Shown: positions 19,853-29,442, numbered from the stretch's first letter. The stretch is 40,590 nt of DNA from Acidimicrobiia bacterium (GCA_041577335.1 JBFGJH010000023.1:1-40590), one strand, 5' to 3'. Made by a program: numbers and translations. The notes: a model not told the origin generated them from the letters alone.

Positions 19853-19869
19853 GACCCGACCGGAGGCCC

Positions 19870-21195
19870 ATGACTGTTCAATACATCCGTGACTCGCACG
19901 CTTACGATGGGGTACCGCCCTGGGGGGCCAGCGCCGGCGATTTCGTGTTCTTCTCTGGTGGCATCGCTGCCGATCCGGTCGACGGGATCCCGCCCGAGAT
20001 AGCGCCCACACCCACCTACCCATACCACGGCTCCAGCATCGACCGTCAGCTGCGGTACGTGTTCAGCAAGATGGGCAACGTGTTGGAGCAAGGCGATTCC
20101 AATCTGAAACGGATCATGAAGATCTCCACCTACCAGACCGTGACTGGCGAGATCGATCACGCGTTGCGGATGCGCCGTGAGTTCTTCGAGGTGGAGAAGC
20201 CACCGCCCAGCACCTTGCTGGTCGTGCCGGCGTTGGCGGTCCCCGGCCTGTCCGTCACCAACGAGGTGATCGCCCTCAAGACGGCCGCCGACCGTGACCG
20301 GTCGGTGCTGCACGCGCCACAAGACGACAGTCCGCTGCCAATGCTCGACACGATCTATCAGCGGCCGATATTTGTGCAGGCGGCCGCGGGGGGCGGCCTC
20401 GTGTTCACGTCAGGGCTCACAGCGGCCAATCTCATCCTCAAGCGCTTCCACGAGCTGCCCGATGTGCGGGGGATGCTTCCCAAGCACGCCGATTTCCCAC
20501 ACCGGCTGTACGAGATCAAGTACCAGACCCGGCTGACGCTGCTGTACCTGCGACGGATTCTCGAGAGGATGAACGCCACGCTCAACGACGTCGTGAAGGT
20601 CGAAATCCATATGACCAATGCCGAGGACATCGCTGGTATGGAGGAGGCCTGGAACGAGTTCTTCCCCACTGCGCCGCCCGCGCGTAGCGTCTACATCACA
20701 GACCTCGCCCCGACCGAACAGCTCATAGAAGTCGAGGTCATCGCAAAGGACCCCGAAGGCCCCTACCAAAAGGAGACGATCACTGCCCCGACCGTCCCGA
20801 GCTACCTGGGCGGCGTGCCCCATGCGGTCCGGGTCGGGCCGTACGTGTTTTTCTCGGGTCTGCTGGCGACCGATCACGAGACCGGCCTGGCTCCAGCGGC
20901 GCGGGTTGACCCGCAGTTCCCGCATCATTCATCCTCGGCGAAGCGGCAGGCGGCGTACATCATCGAAACTATCGACGCCATCTGTAAGGCTGCCGGCACA
21001 TCCAAGGATCAGCTTGTCCGGCGGCGCACGATGCACACCGACTTGGAGGAGTTCGGGCCGGCCGAGGATGCTTGGTTGGAGGCCCTCGGGTCCAGCCTGC
21101 CGCCAACCACCGTTTTCCAGACGCCCGGTCCATTGCCGGTGCCGGGCTGCACTATCGGCTACGACATCATCGCGTTCGCGCCCGACCGCACATGA
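19870..21195 (+). CDS. Rid/YjgF-superfamily protein with three tandem domains (copy 1, 441 aa)
   Basis: Three units with G..VF.SG ... Q ... PP.(S/R/T) ... (E/D).IA; ATG 19870 after GGAGG. Confidence 0.85.
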   Translation: MTVQYIRDSHAYDGVPPWGASAGDFVFFSGGIAADPVDGIPPEIAPTPTYPYHGSSIDRQLRYVFSKMGNVLEQGDSNLKRIMKISTYQTVTGEIDHALRMRREFFEVEKPPPSTLLVVPALAVPGLSVTNEVIALKTAADRDRSVLHAPQDDSPLPMLDTIYQRPIFVQAAAGGGLVFTSGLTAANLILKRFHELPDVRGMLPKHADFPHRLYEIKYQTRLTLLYLRRILERMNATLNDVVKVEIHMTNAEDIAGMEEAWNEFFPTAPPARSVYITDLAPTEQLIEVEVIAKDPEGPYQKETITAPTVPSYLGGVPHAVRVGPYVFFSGLLATDHETGLAPAARVDPQFPHHSSSAKRQAAYIIETIDAICKAAGTSKDQLVRRRTMHTDLEEFGPAEDAWLEALGSSLPPTTVFQTPGPLPVPGCTIGYDIIAFAPDRT

Positions 21196-21354
21196 TCTCA
21201 GTGCGGTTGGCGCGGCCAGCCCGGACCGGCCGGAGGTCGCAAGGCTGATCGACGGCCGTCGCGTGCGATGGGAGGGCAGAGATGGGCGCTGAAAGTGGCA
21301 AACGACGCAAATGCGGTGTTCGCCGTGCCAGTGCGGGTGTCATGAGGAGGACGC

Positions 21355-22683
21355 ATGGGCGGACAGGCCAAGATCGTTGAGTTTGTGAGCGGTCGCGAGC
21401 TTGGTCTTCCTACGGAGATGTTGCACCAGAGTGCCGCCGTCCGTTTCGGCGACTTCTGCTTTCTCTCCGGTATTCGCGCCACGGATGAATTCGACGTCTT
21501 GGTGGCCAAGGCCCGGCCGGCGGCCGGCCGCCCTTTCCACAATTCGCCGGCCGAATTGCAGGCGAAGGTGGTGCTGGATCGGCTGGCTCGAGCGATGGAG
21601 GCACTCGGGGGGACTCTCGAGGACGGTGTCTACATCGAGCAGTACTTCACATCCAGGTCGCATTTCGAGCCTTATAGAACGGTAGGACGCGAATTCCTCC
21701 CAAATGATCGCCCGCCCAGCACTGCCCTGCCGTGCCACGCGCTGTCCTCGCCAGATGCGGTCCTCGAGGTGGATCTGACGGCAATGATCACGGCCGCCGA
21801 ATCGACCCGGCAGCGTATTTCGACGGCCGCATCCCCGAAGGTCCTCGGTGGCTACGCGCAGGGTGTACGGGTGGGGGAGTGGATCTTCCTGGCGGGAGCC
21901 ACCCCAGCCGACCACACACAAACTTCGGCTCCGTATCCGGGAGGGCTCGGGACCGCGCTGGCACCGGAGGCACGGGTCGATCCCAACCTCTGGTACGGCT
22001 CGGCCATTGAACGCCAGGTGGAGTACATCATGCTGAACAAACAAGCGACGGTCCTCGAAGCGGCTGGATCGTCCTTGGGCCGGATCGTCAAGGCAGACGT
22101 CTACCTCTCGCACCCCGGTGAAGATCTCAACGGCTTTCACAGGGTGTGGCGCAGTCTGTTCGGGGACGCTGCACCGGCGACGACTGTCATCCCGGCTGAC
22201 GGATTCGGCAGCGAGGGAAGCCGGGTGGAGATAGGCATCGTTGCGCTGGCGGACGACGGGGACATCGAAATCGACCGACTCATGTTGTCAGGGGCGGCCG
22301 CTCCACTGGGGCCGTACCCTCACGCCGTCAGCGCGGGAGACCTTCTCTTCGTGTCGACCTTGATGGCCGCCGATGATGATGGCCTGGTCGCGGCGGCGAA
22401 GCCAGGAAGAACGTCGAGGAATGTGCGTCCCCAAATCGTCGACGAACTCGAGTATTGCTTTGGCTTGTTGAGGGAGATCTGCACGGCCGCCGGAACCTCG
22501 CTGGCACATGTTGTTCGGCGGAAGAACTTCTTCACAGATCTGTCCGATCTATATGCGGCCGACGTAGAGGCAAGAAAGGCCTGGCCGGCGGCTCCGCCAG
22601 CGAGCACCAACGTCGGCGTGAGCGGACCGCACATCGTCCCGGATGCCCGGGTGGCTATGGATGTCGTGGTTGCGGTGCCATAA
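21355..22683 (+). CDS. Rid/YjgF-superfamily protein with three tandem domains (copy 2, 442 aa)
   Basis: GDFCFLSG / GEWIFLAG / GDLLFVS starts; RPPST / APATT / PPAST; LEVDL / VEIGI / VAMDV ends; GAGGAGG RBS. Confidence 0.85.
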   Translation: MGGQAKIVEFVSGRELGLPTEMLHQSAAVRFGDFCFLSGIRATDEFDVLVAKARPAAGRPFHNSPAELQAKVVLDRLARAMEALGGTLEDGVYIEQYFTSRSHFEPYRTVGREFLPNDRPPSTALPCHALSSPDAVLEVDLTAMITAAESTRQRISTAASPKVLGGYAQGVRVGEWIFLAGATPADHTQTSAPYPGGLGTALAPEARVDPNLWYGSAIERQVEYIMLNKQATVLEAAGSSLGRIVKADVYLSHPGEDLNGFHRVWRSLFGDAAPATTVIPADGFGSEGSRVEIGIVALADDGDIEIDRLMLSGAAAPLGPYPHAVSAGDLLFVSTLMAADDDGLVAAAKPGRTSRNVRPQIVDELEYCFGLLREICTAAGTSLAHVVRRKNFFTDLSDLYAADVEARKAWPAAPPASTNVGVSGPHIVPDARVAMDVVVAVP

Positions 22684-22810
22684 GCGCGCGGCAGAAGCCA
22701 CCATGGGCCCGCCGCACATCCGGCTACCATGAGTCACCCGCGCTCGAGGGAGGAGCGAGTGCCGAACCCCAGGGCCCACGCTCGGCCGGACCGATTCGAA
22801 GGACGCGCCT

Positions 22811-24190
22811 GTGGCTAGCCCGGGACCTAACCCCTTGGCCCAAACCATTGATGGTGGCGGGACGCGAGGGCCCTTTCTGTTCACCGGGACCATCACTCCG
22901 CATGATCCGGACACCGGTGCTTTGATGACCGGCTCGATATCGCTTCCCGCGGAAGCTGAGCACCACCTGGCAAAGGCTCGTTTTGGCACCAATCTGCGGG
23001 ATGTTCCGACCGATACGGCCCGAGCCCAAGCTTGGGTGATCTATCAGTGGTTGGCCGCTCTGCTGGATGCGCACGGAGCCGATCTCACGCGACTCGTTCG
23101 GCAACGTTTGTATCTTCGTGACCTTCGGGACGTCGCAGCGGTGGAGCGAATGATGGACGTGTTCATTCCTGGAGCCAAGCCGACGACAACCATCGTGCAG
23201 ATGCCGGTACACGGCGTCGATGAGCGAATCCGGGTCGTGCTCGAAGCGGTCGCCTTGGAGACGGACTGTTCATGGGAGCGCACGGAGATCAGGCTGTCGG
23301 GAATCGGCGAAACCGATCGATATCCCCAAGCGATTCGTACCGGACCTTACGTGTGGGTGGGCAACACCGTCGCGATGGACCCGGCCAGCAGGTCTCTCGT
23401 CAGCACATTGGCCGACGTTGACGCGCCGTCATTTCAATGGACGGCGCGGCGCCGCAGTGAAGAGGAGATCCTGGCGCAAACGCTGGCGACGTTCACAAAT
23501 ATGAGCTCAGTCCTCGCTACGCAGGGGGCAACTCTGGCCGACATCATCAAGGTGAACGGTTGGATGTCCTTTCTCATGCGTGACTACCGGCCGCTCGGAG
23601 AAGCGCGCCAGGCCTTGTACCCGGCGGGGACCGCCGTCCCTGCCAGCTCATCGGTCACGATGGCGGGCCAACTTCCGGAGGGTGCCCTCATCAGCTACGA
23701 GGCCGTTGCCCTCGTGCCGGGGTTCGCAGGGTACGAGCATCGCGCGATGGCCGGACCGTCGGGCATGTCCAGCGTGTATACAGCCGTTCGGCAGGCGGGA
23801 CCTTATGTTTTCACATGTGGCGACGTGCCGGTCGACACGGCGAAACCCGCAGTGATCGCGAGCCCGGAACATCTTCAAGGTGACGCCCGTTACTTGGCGT
23901 TCGGCCGATTCCACGCCGAATCGCGTATCCAGGTCCAGGCCTGGGATGTCTACGAGCGGCACGCTGTGAGCCTCGGCCTGCACGGCGCCTCATTCGCCGA
24001 CGTCGTCTACCAAACGGTGTACATGCGAGATCCGTCCCGATACCCGGCACTGGAGCGGGTGGCGGCCGAGTTCTTCGGAGGGCGGATACCGCCAACCTCC
24101 ATCGTGCCGATCGTCGACACGTCACCATACTGGGAGACCGATCTCGAGATCGAGGTGGTCGCCTACGCGCCGGCGGACGGCGACGATTGA
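22811..24190 (+). CDS. Rid/YjgF-superfamily protein with three tandem domains (copy 3, 459 aa)
   Basis: GPFLFTG / GPYVWVG / GPYVFTCG; KPTTT / VPASS / IPPTS; LEAVAL / YEAVAL / LEIEVVA. Start uncertain. Confidence 0.82.
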   Translation: MASPGPNPLAQTIDGGGTRGPFLFTGTITPHDPDTGALMTGSISLPAEAEHHLAKARFGTNLRDVPTDTARAQAWVIYQWLAALLDAHGADLTRLVRQRLYLRDLRDVAAVERMMDVFIPGAKPTTTIVQMPVHGVDERIRVVLEAVALETDCSWERTEIRLSGIGETDRYPQAIRTGPYVWVGNTVAMDPASRSLVSTLADVDAPSFQWTARRRSEEEILAQTLATFTNMSSVLATQGATLADIIKVNGWMSFLMRDYRPLGEARQALYPAGTAVPASSSVTMAGQLPEGALISYEAVALVPGFAGYEHRAMAGPSGMSSVYTAVRQAGPYVFTCGDVPVDTAKPAVIASPEHLQGDARYLAFGRFHAESRIQVQAWDVYERHAVSLGLHGASFADVVYQTVYMRDPSRYPALERVAAEFFGGRIPPTSIVPIVDTSPYWETDLEIEVVAYAPADGDD

Positions 24191-24209
24191 GAAGAACCTA
24201 CGGGCACTG

Positions 24210-25232
24210 ATGATCATCGATACCCACACCCACCACATGCCCAGGACCTTTCTCGAGCGAGCAATGGCCGAGCCGGACCGATATCGGGCGAACGTCGTCG
24301 ACCAAGGCGGCGGGTTGTTCGAGATGCGACCCGACTTCTGGACCAGCGCACGTTTCACCGCGGTCTACCGGTTTGAGCCGATCTATTACGACTGGGCAGC
24401 CCGGGTCCGGCATATGGACGAGCACGGCATCGACGCAGCTGTCGTGAGTATTGGGCAGGCGACGAACTACGCGTGGGCGCCGGCAGACCTGGCTCGCGAA
24501 GTGGCCGCGTTCTCCAACGACGATCTGGCACGCGGCAGCGCCGAGTTCCCCGGTCGGATCTACGGGATAGCCCAGGTGCCGCTGCAAGACCCCGCCGGAG
24601 CGGTCGACGAAGCCACGAGAGCCGTGCAAGAACTTGGCCTGAAAGGCGTCCAGCTGTTGTCGAGCGTTGAGGGCCGCAACCTGGACCAGATCGGGTTCGA
24701 TCCGGTCTATGCGCGGATTGAGGAGTTGGGCGTTCCGATCTTTCTGCATCCGTATGGCATATTGAACGAAGCGCGCATGAGCGACTATTACCTCGCCAAC
24801 GTGGTGGGATTCCCGGCCGAACAGGCGATGGCGGCAGCTTCGTTGATCTTTGGTGGTGTGTTGGACCGTTATCCGGGTCTGCGTGTCTTGCTGGCTCACG
24901 GGGGCGGCGCGTTTCCCTACATCCTGGGCAGGATCGCACGTGGCTCGGAGGTCCTCTCGGACCAGATGAGGACGGACCACCCGGTGCGGGATTATCTCGA
25001 CCGGTTCTACGTCGACACGCTGATCCACGACGACGCCGCGCTCGGATACCTCTTCGACACGATTGGCCCCGATCACATCGTGCTCGGGACAGACTGGCCC
25101 TATTGGATGATGGATCCAGATATGTTCCCGCGTTTGGAACGGGTGGCGGCCGAACGCGGGATCGACGGCGCCACGGTGCTCGGTACGGTGGCGGCCCGGC
25201 TGTTCGACCTGCCCACCCAGCCGGCCTCTTGA
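24210..25232 (+). CDS. Amidohydrolase_2 family metalloenzyme (ACMSD-like decarboxylase/hydratase)
   Basis: IDTHTH, FLHP, AHGGG, GRI, GTDWP. Confidence 0.88.
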   Translation: MIIDTHTHHMPRTFLERAMAEPDRYRANVVDQGGGLFEMRPDFWTSARFTAVYRFEPIYYDWAARVRHMDEHGIDAAVVSIGQATNYAWAPADLAREVAAFSNDDLARGSAEFPGRIYGIAQVPLQDPAGAVDEATRAVQELGLKGVQLLSSVEGRNLDQIGFDPVYARIEELGVPIFLHPYGILNEARMSDYYLANVVGFPAEQAMAAASLIFGGVLDRYPGLRVLLAHGGGAFPYILGRIARGSEVLSDQMRTDHPVRDYLDRFYVDTLIHDDAALGYLFDTIGPDHIVLGTDWPYWMMDPDMFPRLERVAAERGIDGATVLGTVAARLFDLPTQPAS

Positions 25233-25299
25233 CGCGAACTGCGGGCCTGGCGAACTGTCGGCGTCAGGTCTCGATGGAGAGCGCACTCACCGAAGGGGT

Positions 25300-25998
25300 T
25301 CAGATGAGTGTAGATGCCAGGTAGGAGACCGCCGCCATGACGGTCGTGACTGTTGCGTACTTCTGATGCAGCTCGAAGAGGTTCGCCGAGTGGGATGTCC
25401 CACTTCGATCGAAGGTTGCTTCTCGAACCACGAACGGGTTGAGGTTGTAGGAGAAGGCGTCCACCACGGAAGCGCGGACACAACCACTCGTCGAGCCGCC
25501 CGCCACCAGCAACGTATTGACTTGGAGTTCGATGAGCCACGAAGCCAGCGGGGTCGCAAAGAAGGCGCTGGGTTTGGTTTTGGTGATGACCAGGTCGCCG
25601 CGGTGCGGGCTGATCTCGTCGACGATGTCGTGGGCCCGAGCAGGCTCGGGGCGTTGTTCGAGCTTGCCGGCCCAGCCGCCGAGCTCCGCTCGAGCTTCCC
25701 GAGGTGAGTTGCGTGAGTACACGATCGGTATCCCGGCGGGCCGCGCAACCTCGACCAACTTTGCGATGTGGTCGACGGCCTGCCATGCGGCATCACCGCA
25801 GCTGAGGGGATATTCGTCGGTCCCCCCACGATCGCCGGTGAACGCGTAGGTCACGTCGACGATGAGCAAGGCCGGTCTCGATCCGGGCCGAGCGGTCCGG
25901 CCGTATCCCGCTGCCTGGTAGGTCGCGAGCTCGTCCGCGGGGAAGACGCCGGCAGCTAGTTCGCGAGGGTCCACCGGCGGGAGCCTGTGGTCGGTCAT
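25300..25998 (-). CDS. Isochorismatase-family cysteine amidase (N-carbamoylsarcosine/maleamate amidase-like)
   Basis: PALLIVD, KTKPSAFF.T.L, STSGCVRASVVDA (Asp-Lys-Cys triad). Confidence 0.9.
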   Translation of the reverse strand: MTDHRLPPVDPRELAAGVFPADELATYQAAGYGRTARPGSRPALLIVDVTYAFTGDRGGTDEYPLSCGDAAWQAVDHIAKLVEVARPAGIPIVYSRNSPREARAELGGWAGKLEQRPEPARAHDIVDEISPHRGDLVITKTKPSAFFATPLASWLIELQVNTLLVAGGSTSGCVRASVVDAFSYNLNPFVVREATFDRSGTSHSANLFELHQKYATVTTVMAAVSYLASTLI

Positions 25999-26960
25999 TT
26001 GAGTTCCTCGAGGCCTGCTTCTGCCAGCATCTCGAGCTGTTCGAGATACGTCTCGAACCCGAGCCGCAGGTCAAGCACCACGTGGTCCAGGCCGCGCTCG
26101 GCGAACTTGACCAACTCAGCTTTGCAGTCTGCGGGTGTGCCGGCGATCAGCAAACCTTCGAGATCGTCGATCGTTTCGAACGCTCCGGATTCCGGTCGGA
26201 TCCAGAACTTGGCCCCAGCGGAGCTGGTCGCCAGGGCTGCCACGTTGATGTCTGCTCGTGCCCGGCTCCGATCCCGGTGTACCTTCACGATGGGGATCGA
26301 TCCGACCGCCAGCGATTTGCCGGCCTCATCACAGCGCTCGCGCAAGTAGGCCATGCGAGCGTCGAGCGTCGCCAGCGGGATCCGACCCGGTAACCATCCA
26401 TCCATGTGTGCAACGGCCCTCCGTACCGCGGCCTGGGTCGTTCCGCCGTAGAACATCGGGATCGGCGCGGCGGGTTTTGGTTCGAGCGTTACGTCATCGA
26501 AATTGAAGATGGTCCCTCGGTAGGACGCGTTGTCGTGGCTCCATACGAGCCGCAGGATTTCCATGGTTTCCGTGAAGATCTGCTCTCGATCATCTCGCAG
26601 TAGACCCGCCGCTTGGAACTCGGCTGGGTTGCTGCCCAGTCCGTACCCGCCGATCACCCGTCCATTGGAGAGCACACTCAAAGCGGCCAAGTTCTGAGCT
26701 ACTTTTAGGGGCCAGCGGATGGGGATCAGCACGGCCATCCCGAGCTTCACACGAGTGGTCACCGAGCTGATCGCGGCCAGGGTCATCAGCGGCTCGATGA
26801 ACGTGAGGTCCGATCCTTCCATGCCGTGTGGCCTCCACAGGATGTGATCCCTCACCCAGACCGAGTCGTACCCGAGCTCCTCCACCCGGCGGCTTCCCTG
26901 CACGAGCGTCTCGACGTCGGCATGCTCCCCGAAGTGCGGCAGCAGTACACCGATCTCCAC
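25995..26960 (-). CDS. LLM-class (luciferase-like) oxidoreductase, probably F420- or flavin-dependent
   Basis: GVLLPHFG, GYDSVWVRDH, EP..TLAA, LSNGR, GG...AVRRA....DGW. Confidence 0.9.
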   Translation of the reverse strand: MEIGVLLPHFGEHADVETLVQGSRRVEELGYDSVWVRDHILWRPHGMEGSDLTFIEPLMTLAAISSVTTRVKLGMAVLIPIRWPLKVAQNLAALSVLSNGRVIGGYGLGSNPAEFQAAGLLRDDREQIFTETMEILRLVWSHDNASYRGTIFNFDDVTLEPKPAAPIPMFYGGTTQAAVRRAVAHMDGWLPGRIPLATLDARMAYLRERCDEAGKSLAVGSIPIVKVHRDRSRARADINVAALATSSAGAKFWIRPESGAFETIDDLEGLLIAGTPADCKAELVKFAERGLDHVVLDLRLGFETYLEQLEMLAEAGLEELK

Positions 26961-27359
26961 TCACGCACCAGCCTGCGCTGCGTCGGTCACAATGTGAAAG
27001 TCGGACCCGGCCGGCGCGTAGACCTCGAGAAACCTGGCGGGCACCGACCCGGGGTTGCTGGTGGCGTGAATGAGGCCCGGGGGGATCCAGAGCACGTCGT
27101 CGGGGCCAAGCCGGTACTCAGAGTCGCCGATCCGGACTTCGATCTCGCCGGCCAGCACGATGTAAACGTTCTCGGCCCTTTCGTGGTAATGGAGCGGACC
27201 TTCGCCCGATCCCGGTTCGAGCGTGTTGAGGTGCACATCGACATTCTGGGCGGGCCCGAGATCTTGGTCCACGAGCCGGATCGATTCACCGCGGTCACCC
27301 CTCAGCCGCTTGCGTGGACCCTCATTCAGATGCGTGAAGTAGGGCTCTCGTTGCTGCAC
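26961..27359 (-). CDS. Cupin-domain protein
   Basis: G.GPLHYH...E..YIVLAG and LGPDD...IPPG.IH cupin motifs. Confidence 0.88.
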   Translation of the reverse strand: MQQREPYFTHLNEGPRKRLRGDRGESIRLVDQDLGPAQNVDVHLNTLEPGSGEGPLHYHERAENVYIVLAGEIEVRIGDSEYRLGPDDVLWIPPGLIHATSNPGSVPARFLEVYAPAGSDFHIVTDAAQAGA

Positions 27360-27386
27360 CAGGCGCCCCGTCCTTCCGACTATGGC

Positions 27387-27445
27387 ACTATACGCGGCGC
27401 GCCGCCTCGGGCCAGTAGAGCGCGACCTCGATCCGGGTCTACAGT
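27387..27445. promoter_or_regulatory. Divergent promoter region; likely leaderless transcript for the alpha/beta hydrolase
   Basis: Minus TATAGT at 27392-27387; plus TACAGT at 27440-27445 lies 7 nt before ATG 27453 with no SD. Confidence 0.5.
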
Positions 27446-27452
27446 CCCATGA

Positions 27453-28352
27453 ATGGAGCTACGAGCAGAGAGGGTCGAATATCAATCTGCTCGCGACATC
27501 AGCATCGCGGCCGACCTCTACCTGCCACTCGCCCCGCAACCGCCGGCCGGCTATCCGGCCGTTGTCATCTGCCTGGGCTGGGGCAGCGTTCGCGAACTGA
27601 TGCAGCCGTGGGGTGACGCCTTGCGCGCACGTGGCTTCGCCATCCTCGTCCCCGATTATCGGGGTTTTGGCGGCAGCGGCGGTGAACGCGGCCGGTGTTT
27701 CCCCGCCGAGCACGGGGAAGACATTCGCGCTGGTCTGCGCCATACGGCAGGTCTACCGTATGTGGATTCGGCCCGTATTGCGCTCGTCGGCGTCAGTTAC
27801 GGCGGGGCGGTGGCGGTCGCAGTAGCGGGATCCGATCCAACCGCCCGCGCAGTGGTGTCGGTCGTGGGCTACGGGAGCGGGAAGCGACACCTCCAGGCCC
27901 TCCGCACCGAGAGAGAATGGCGAGCATTCATGGACCGGCTGGAGGCCGACCGGCACCGCCGGACGTGTGGTGAGGCTTCAGCTGTGATAGATCCGGACGA
28001 GATCCTCGTTCGCAACGCCGAAGCTCGTGCCTGGCGGCGGAGCGTCGAGAAGCAATTTCCGCACATGGCATTCCAGACCACGTTGGAATCGGCCGAGCGA
28101 ATAGTCGAGTTCGAGCCAGAACGGTCGTTGCCATATTCGACCCCGAAGCCCGTGATGTTCATACACGCGGAAAAGGACGAAATGATTCCGGTGGAAGAGT
28201 CGCACAGGATGTGGTCGCGCGCACAGGAACCGAAAGAGCTGGTCATCCTCCCCGGTATCGGTCACCACGAAGTGCACCGCGATGGCGGTTTCAAGCAGAC
28301 AATCGATCACATCGAGCGCTGGCTGACCCTGCATATGAGGCCGACCGCATGA
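27453..28352 (+). CDS. Alpha/beta-fold hydrolase
   Basis: DYRGFGGSGG, nucleophile GVSYG, HAEKDEMIP, GHHE. Confidence 0.9.
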   Translation: MELRAERVEYQSARDISIAADLYLPLAPQPPAGYPAVVICLGWGSVRELMQPWGDALRARGFAILVPDYRGFGGSGGERGRCFPAEHGEDIRAGLRHTAGLPYVDSARIALVGVSYGGAVAVAVAGSDPTARAVVSVVGYGSGKRHLQALRTEREWRAFMDRLEADRHRRTCGEASAVIDPDEILVRNAEARAWRRSVEKQFPHMAFQTTLESAERIVEFEPERSLPYSTPKPVMFIHAEKDEMIPVEESHRMWSRAQEPKELVILPGIGHHEVHRDGGFKQTIDHIERWLTLHMRPTA

Positions 28353-29350
28353 ACAGTCATCGTGTCAGGTTCGGGTTGGTACTGCCCCATTTCGGATCCG
28401 ATCCGACGCCGAAGCGAATACTCGATGTCGCGGTGCGGGCGGAAGAGGCCGGGTTCGATTCGCTGTGGTTGCGAGACCGCCTCGTAGCCGGAGCGCCCCA
28501 CGGCCTGATTCTCGAGGCTGGGGGCACCACGTTTTACGAGCCGCTCGTCACGGCCGCCGCGGTGGCGGCTGCGACCTCCGAGATCACAATAGGGACAGCC
28601 GTTTTGCTGCCCAACCGGCACCCTCTCCAGCTGGTCCAACAACTGGGAACGCTGGCACAACTCGCACCCCGTCGCTTGATCGTCGGCCTCGGGCTCGGCG
28701 TGGGATCCCACAACTTCGAATCGCTCGGCCTGCGGTATGAGGACCGGGACGAGTTGTTTCGGGAAACGATGACAGTGTTGCGAGGAGCAGAAGCTGGTAG
28801 TCCGCTCTTGCATTCGGGTGCCCACTTCTCGTTCGGCCCGGTGGAGATCGATCCTCTGCCCGGTAGACACCTTCCGATCTACTACGGCGGCGTCAGCCGC
28901 GCCGCCGTACGCCGGGCGGTGACACACTGTGACGGATGGATCGCAGGGAGGCTGCCCTTAGCCACCTTTGCAGCCAGATTGGACTTGTTGACCCAGCTGA
29001 CGTCTGATCCCTATCACAGGCTCGACATCGCAACCATGCCGATCACGGTCGTTGATGAGGGTGACGGCCGTCTCCTGGGGCGCGCAAACGAGGCGGTGGC
29101 GCTGCTTGCTCGAAGTGCGGAGGGGGCCAGCGATTGGTTGAGGCCCCCGTCCGGTCGGTTCGAAACGATCGAAGACCTAGCCGGTTTACTCATCGCCGGA
29201 TCTCCCGAGCGCTGCACCGCAGAAGCGCGGCGGATCGTTCAAAACGGTGTGTCTCATCTCATCTTCGACCTACGAATCGCCTTCGACGAGATCGAGCGGC
29301 AGCTCGAGCTGCTGCAGATCGTGTTGGCCGACATGGCCGAGTTTCGGTAG
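28349..29350 (+). CDS. LLM-class oxidoreductase, close paralog of 25995-26960
   Basis: GLVLPHFG, GFDSLWLRDR, AAVRRAVTHCDGW; ATG 28349 overlaps the upstream stop (ATGA). Confidence 0.88.
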   Translation: MNSHRVRFGLVLPHFGSDPTPKRILDVAVRAEEAGFDSLWLRDRLVAGAPHGLILEAGGTTFYEPLVTAAAVAAATSEITIGTAVLLPNRHPLQLVQQLGTLAQLAPRRLIVGLGLGVGSHNFESLGLRYEDRDELFRETMTVLRGAEAGSPLLHSGAHFSFGPVEIDPLPGRHLPIYYGGVSRAAVRRAVTHCDGWIAGRLPLATFAARLDLLTQLTSDPYHRLDIATMPITVVDEGDGRLLGRANEAVALLARSAEGASDWLRPPSGRFETIEDLAGLLIAGSPERCTAEARRIVQNGVSHLIFDLRIAFDEIERQLELLQIVLADMAEFR

Positions 29351-29442
29351 CCATGGACGGGGCGGGCGCGCGACGGCTCGGTGACCGGGAGGGAGGCTCG
29401 TCGCGCCCAGTCGAGACTCCCGGACGGGCGCCCGGCGAACTC

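Noticed and set aside
19261..19869. Apparent N-terminal extension of Rid copy 1 (644-aa ORF)
   Set aside because: It overlaps the permease in another frame; a good RBS and ATG exist at 19870.
22729..22818. Short ORF with strong GGAGGAG-GTG (22759) overlapping the start of Rid copy 3, a possible frameshift or leader peptide
   Set aside because: Copy 3 appears to have a complete first domain and its own GAAGGA RBS; the short peptide has no recognisable features.
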